Source: Thermodesulfobacteriota bacterium (GTDB lineage Bacteria > DASVDK01). Taken from it: a stretch of DNA of 39,967 bases. The translations under genes were made by a program, and so were the position numbers. Each line of letters opens with the position of its first letter. The first letter of the stretch is position 1. The stretch lies in NCBI GenBank assembly GCA_036381125.1, contig DASVDK010000090.1, positions 1-39,967 of the forward strand. The letters are read 5' to 3'. Shown one piece after another: positions 36,080-39,967 of the stretch. Under the pieces are notes generated by a model. The model was given only the letters and a program-made list of their open reading frames with translations. It searched no databases and had not been told where the DNA came from.

Positions 36080-36721
36080 ATGGCGCTACCTGTGACGTCC
36101 AAGGCGTACAAGCCTCGCGAGTTCAAGCTGAGCGGCCTCAAGGGCATCTCCGATCAGACGCTCGAGATGCACTTCGGCCTCTACAAGGGGTACGTGAACA
36201 ACACGAACCTCCTCACCGAGCAACTCTGCGAGCTGTTCGAGAAAGGGCAGGCGTCGGGCACCAACCCGGCCTATGCCGAGATCACCCGCCGGCTCGGCTT
36301 CGAGTACAGCGGGATGATCCTGCACGAGTACTACTTCGAGAACATGAAGAAGGACGGGACCGGCCTGCCGAACGCGTCGTCGAAGACGGCCGCCGCGATC
36401 AACGCCACCTTCGGCTCGCTCGACAACTGGATGAAGGACTTCAAAGCCGTCGGCGCCATGCGCGGGGTCGGCTGGGCAATCCTCTTCCACGACCCGGTGA
36501 CGGGCCGCGTGACGAACCAGTGGGTCACGCTGCACCAGGACGGCGTGCCGGTGTCCTTCAAGCCGCTCCTCGTCATGGACGTCTGGGAGCACGCCTTCCT
36601 CCTCGACTACAAGCCGGCCGAGCGGGGCAAGTACATCGAGGCCTTCTTCCAGAACATCGACTGGGACGCGGTCGAGAAGCGCGTCGTCGAGGCCGCGGCC
36701 GTCCGTCCGGTCGGGGCGTAG
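36080..36721 (+). CDS. Fe/Mn superoxide dismutase
   Basis: Metal ligands in MHFGLY, LHEYYF and MDVWEHAF; GGAGG RBS. Confidence 0.92.
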   Translation: MALPVTSKAYKPREFKLSGLKGISDQTLEMHFGLYKGYVNNTNLLTEQLCELFEKGQASGTNPAYAEITRRLGFEYSGMILHEYYFENMKKDGTGLPNASSKTAAAINATFGSLDNWMKDFKAVGAMRGVGWAILFHDPVTGRVTNQWVTLHQDGVPVSFKPLLVMDVWEHAFLLDYKPAERGKYIEAFFQNIDWDAVEKRVVEAAAVRPVGA

Positions 36722-36904
36722 CTGCAACCGGGGGGTCGGGCCTTTCCGTTTTCCGCGCACGCCGCGGAGGACGGGGCGGCCCGACCCCGGCCCGGCGCCG
36801 TGCAGAACCGGCGCCGGCCCGTTCGCGCCGCCGTCCGCTCGCCACGGCCGGACCTCCGTGATGATCTGATCGGGTCCGGAGCGGCGAAGGCCGCCTCTCC
36901 TCGC

Positions 36905-36939
36905 ACGCTCCCCGCCGGTTCTACGCTCCCCGCCGGTTC
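36905..36939 (+). repeat. 17-bp tandem direct repeat
   Basis: ACGCTCCCCGCCGGTTC at 36905-36921 and 36923-36939. Confidence 0.7.
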
Positions 36940-37092
36940 GTCGTCCGACAGCGCCCCCAGTTCCCTTCCGTAACCGCCGGTCGCAGCCTCGTACCCCGGC
37001 CTGCCGGAGACCTCCGCCAGCCGGCCGGCGACCCCGCTGTATGCCGGCCGCTTGGCGCCCCCCGCGTGCGCTCGCTCACGGCCCGATCGCCC

Positions 37093-37118
37093 GGGCATGT
37101 CGACTGCAAGAGGGCTTG
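37093..37118 (+). promoter_or_regulatory. sigma54-type promoter, copy 1
   Basis: GGGCATGTCGACTGCAAGAGGGCTTG contains GG-N10-GC (GGCA...TGCA). An identical copy precedes the paralogue. Confidence 0.65.
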
Positions 37119-37155
37119 GTCGTCCGGCCCACGGGGCGCCGGAACGGGGGAGGGG

Positions 37156-38136
37156 ATGCGCACGAGGTCCTGGAGGGCGCAGGCGGCGGCCGCCGCCGTG
37201 GCGGCGCTCCTGACCGCGGCGTGCGGCGGCGCGGCCGGGGATGCGGAGACGCCGTCGGCGTCCGGCCGGGCGCCGGAGGAGGAGCCGGGCCGTCCCGGCG
37301 ACCCCGACTCGCTCGAGACCTTCAAGATCCTGCACTGGAACGTGCAGAGCGGCTTCGGCAAGGCCGGCTGGACGGGGGGCGACGCCGGCTTCACACCCGG
37401 CTCGAACTGCAAGAGCAACGCCTGGGGCGACGGGCGCGGCCCCCTCGCCGAGGCGCTGCTCGCGACCGCCGGGCACGACCCGAGCGTCGTCGCGGTCACG
37501 CTCAACGAGGCGTGGACGTGCGCCACGCCGCGACGCGTCAGGACGCTCCTCGGCTTCGCCGCCGTCGCGCCCGACACCGCCACCGGCGAGGTGGGCGGCG
37601 TCGGCATCGTCGCCCGTCACGGCCTTGCCGGCCCGCCGGAGGTCGTGGCGCTGCCGCGGTGCTCGGACGACGCGGAGCCTCGCCACGTCGTCAGGGCCCC
37701 GGTCTTCGCCGATGCGGCCCGGCGGCGGGTCGTACAGGTCTTCGCCACGCACTGGACCGGCTGCACCGCCGAGGCGGAGGCGACGGTCCGCCTGATGGAG
37801 CCGTACGCGTCCACGCCCCGCATCCTGGCGGGCGACCTCAACGTGAAGGACGCGTCGGCGGCGCCGGTCGCCAGGCTCGCGGCGGCCCGGTACGCCGACG
37901 CGTGGGTGGTGCGCCACGGCGCGGCCGGCGGCCCGACCGCCACCTGGAACAGCCGGTACGGCTCCCCCAGGGGGAGCCTCTACAAGCGGATCGACTACGC
38001 CTTCTCCAGCGCGCTCGCCGTCCGGTCGGTGTCCCGCGTGAACGCGAGCGGCGAGCCGGGCGAGGCGAAGGTGGCCGATCACGCCGGGCTCGTCGTCGAG
38101 TACGCCCACCGGGACCGCGAGGGTTCGGATCCGTAA
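37156..38136 (+). CDS. EEP (endonuclease/exonuclease/phosphatase) family lipoprotein
   Basis: Lipobox LTAA-C; HWNV, LNEA, ATH, GDLN, RIDY and DH catalytic motifs. Confidence 0.85.
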   Translation: MRTRSWRAQAAAAAVAALLTAACGGAAGDAETPSASGRAPEEEPGRPGDPDSLETFKILHWNVQSGFGKAGWTGGDAGFTPGSNCKSNAWGDGRGPLAEALLATAGHDPSVVAVTLNEAWTCATPRRVRTLLGFAAVAPDTATGEVGGVGIVARHGLAGPPEVVALPRCSDDAEPRHVVRAPVFADAARRRVVQVFATHWTGCTAEAEATVRLMEPYASTPRILAGDLNVKDASAAPVARLAAARYADAWVVRHGAAGGPTATWNSRYGSPRGSLYKRIDYAFSSALAVRSVSRVNASGEPGEAKVADHAGLVVEYAHRDREGSDP

Positions 38137-38256
38137 CCCGGAGACACAGCCCTGCACCTCCATCGGGACCGCCGGCGGCGCCGGCCGGGAGAGGCCGAAC
38201 GATCCGCGCGGCAACTTGCGGCCCCGGGGGTGCGACGACTCACGGATCGAGCGCAT

Positions 38257-38282
38257 GGGCATGTCGACTGCAAGAGGGCTTG
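38257..38282 (+). promoter_or_regulatory. sigma54-type promoter, copy 2
   Basis: 26/26 identical to 37093-37118. Confidence 0.65.
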
Positions 38283-38330
38283 CTCGCCCGGCGCGCGATG
38301 CGCCCACGTCAACGGGAGGGAACGACATCG

Positions 38331-39197
38331 ATGAAGAGGACGCACGGGTCGGTGGCACGAGGCGCGTTCGCCGTGACCGCGCTCGTGATGCTGCTCGGGG
38401 CGAGCGACGCCTTCGCCTCGTTCAAGATCGCGCACTGGAACGTGCAGAGCGGCTTCGGCAAGGGGGGCTGGGCGGGGGGCAACGCCGGCTTCACGCCCGG
38501 CTCGGATTGCAGCCGCAACGCCTGGGGCAACGGCAGCGGCCCGCTCGCCAGGACGCTCGTCTCCAGGGTGAAGGACGACAAGGCCGTCGTCGCCCTCACC
38601 GTCAACGAGGCGTGGACCTGCGCGACGCCGTCGCGGATCCGTTCACTGCTCGGCTTCGCGGCGGCGACGAAGGAGGTGAACGGCGTCGCGATCATCGCCC
38701 GTCACGGCTTCGCCGGGAACAGCGAGGTCGTGGCCCTGCCGAAGTGCTCGGGCGGCGCCGAGCAGCGATACGTCGTGCGCGCGCCGGTCTACACCGACTC
38801 GGCTCGCAGCAAGGTGGTGCAGGTCTTCGCCACGCACTGGACCGGCTGCGCGGCCGAGGGGAAGGCCACGGTCGAGTTCCTGCAGCGCTACGCCTACCAG
38901 CCGCGCAGCCTGACGGGCGACCTCAACGTCAAGAGCGTGTCGGACGCGCCGATCGCGGCGATCACGGCCAAGAACTGGACCGACGCGTGGTCGAAGCTCC
39001 ACGGCAAGTCGGGCGGCCAGACCGCCACGTGGAACAACTCGTACGGGTCGCCCAGGGGCAACCTCTACAAGCGGATCGACTACGCGCTCTTCAAGACGCT
39101 GAAGGTGCGCTCGATCTCCCGCTTCAACCACACGGGCGAGCCCGGCGCCGCCAAGATGGCCGACCACGCGGGGATCGTCGTCGAGTATGACGACTAG
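38331..39197 (+). CDS. secreted EEP family protein, paralogue of upstream gene
   Basis: Sec signal ending AFA; the same EEP motifs and Cys positions as the upstream gene; GGGAGGG RBS. Confidence 0.85.
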   Translation: MKRTHGSVARGAFAVTALVMLLGASDAFASFKIAHWNVQSGFGKGGWAGGNAGFTPGSDCSRNAWGNGSGPLARTLVSRVKDDKAVVALTVNEAWTCATPSRIRSLLGFAAATKEVNGVAIIARHGFAGNSEVVALPKCSGGAEQRYVVRAPVYTDSARSKVVQVFATHWTGCAAEGKATVEFLQRYAYQPRSLTGDLNVKSVSDAPIAAITAKNWTDAWSKLHGKSGGQTATWNNSYGSPRGNLYKRIDYALFKTLKVRSISRFNHTGEPGAAKMADHAGIVVEYDD

Positions 39198-39894
39198 GCC
39201 CGTCCTGCTCGGGCTGATCGGCGCGGTCGCGCTCGCGCCCTGCGCGGCGGCGGCGGCCGCGCCGATCCACGTCGAGCTTCAGGGCGGCCGGTGGTCCCCC
39301 GGCGGCCCGGAGCTGGTCCGCGTGCGGGCGGACGGCCGTCCCGTGGCGGCGGTGCTCGCGGCGGTCGAGCGGGCGACCGGCGTGACGATCGACGCGCTGC
39401 CGCCCGACGTCGCGGCGGCGCCGGTCACGATCGACGTCGGCCCGCTCCCGCTCGACCGCCTCGTGCGGCAGCTCGTCCGCCCGCACGGGCTCGCCGCGAT
39501 CTACGACCACGGCGGGCGCCTCGCCCGCCTCGTCGTCGTGCCGACCGACGTGGAGACGCCCGGCGAGGCGTGGCAGGTCGGCGCGCGAGCGCCGGCCGAG
39601 GCAAGCAGCCGCGAGCCGTCGATGCGCGAGCCGTCGATGCAAGCCCGCGTCGACGGCACCTGGTGGCGCCTGGAGGACATCGGCCCGGAGGCGCCGCCGG
39701 CCAGGCGCGAGGCGGCGCTCCTCGCCCTGGGGGGCGCGCTCGACGACCCGGACGCCGTGGCGCTCCTCGAGGCGGCGGCCGACGGCCGCGCCGGGCTCGC
39801 GGAGGACGACCCGGCGCGACGCCTCGCGCGCCGCATCCTCGCGGTCCGTCCGGGCGTCGGCGACGAGGACGAGGCGGAGCCGAGCGAGGGCTAG
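39187..39894 (+). CDS. exported hypothetical protein with STN/N0-like segment
   Basis: Signal peptide; VRADGRPVAAVLAAVERATGVTI...VTIDVGPLPLDRLVRQL resembles secretin/TonB N-terminal domains; helical C-terminus. Confidence 0.55.
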   Translation: MTTRPVLLGLIGAVALAPCAAAAAAPIHVELQGGRWSPGGPELVRVRADGRPVAAVLAAVERATGVTIDALPPDVAAAPVTIDVGPLPLDRLVRQLVRPHGLAAIYDHGGRLARLVVVPTDVETPGEAWQVGARAPAEASSREPSMREPSMQARVDGTWWRLEDIGPEAPPARREAALLALGGALDDPDAVALLEAAADGRAGLAEDDPARRLARRILAVRPGVGDEDEAEPSEG

Positions 39895-39967
39895 GCCCCG
39901 CGCGCGGCCTGGAGGGCGGGCGCCGCGGCCGCGGCGAGCGCGCGGGCGAGGAGGAGGCCGGCGGGGC
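39891..39967 (-). CDS. probable 3' end of a convergent gene (partial)
   Basis: Frame ...PAGLLLARALAAAAAPALQAARGA* ends at TAG 39891-39893 with typical codon usage. Too short to name. Confidence 0.35.
   Translation of the reverse strand, partial: PAGLLLARALAAAAAPALQAARGA

Noticed and set aside
26672-36721. Chromate-resistance operon (CHR pair plus ChrC-like SOD)
   Set aside because: They are about 8 kb apart on opposite strands, the SOD belongs to the PerR operon, and there is no chrB.
36697-36752. Rho-independent terminator after the SOD gene
   Set aside because: The stem is imperfect and the U-tract is interrupted; too weak to call.
35355-36939. Short direct repeats as possible CRISPR or IS ends
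   Set aside because: Only two copies each, no regular unique spacers, and no cas or transposase gene.
39611-39640. 15-bp tandem duplication (REPSM twice)
   Set aside because: An in-frame slippage in a linker region with no evident significance.

Overview
Very GC-rich (roughly 70-75% by eye), densely coding bacterial chromosomal segment, probably Gram-negative (mpl, lipoproteins, TctABC). I cannot assign the taxon. I found no rRNA, tRNA, CRISPR array, IS element or phage genes. In order, the window holds: the 5' end of an OvoA/EgtB-like sulfoxide synthase; a decayed IclR/enolase-family cluster; a Mo-oxidoreductase with an NAD-dependent dehydrogenase; Crp, HpcH and GntR genes; a glutaredoxin-DinB gene with an MFS transporter; a Tct transporter/catabolic operon; a peptidoglycan-recycling operon (ldcA, serine hydrolase, mpl); alkylation-repair genes (AlkA, ATL); a DehI-like gene and a GAF-GGDEF gene; PDRP with an Eda-like gene; a chromate-transporter pair, a HAD hydrolase and RqcH; minCDE; a PerR-rubrerythrin-FeS oxidoreductase-DUF3501-SOD oxidative-stress operon; and two tandem secreted EEP-family paralogues with duplicated sigma54-type promoters. 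The best find, truncated by the ORF track, is a glutaredoxin-DinB fusion (8169-8924). Its redox motif is U-F-T-C, with an in-frame TGA followed by an AT-rich SECIS-like hairpin, so it is a probable selenoprotein. It is coupled to an MFS transporter that seems to start at CTG.
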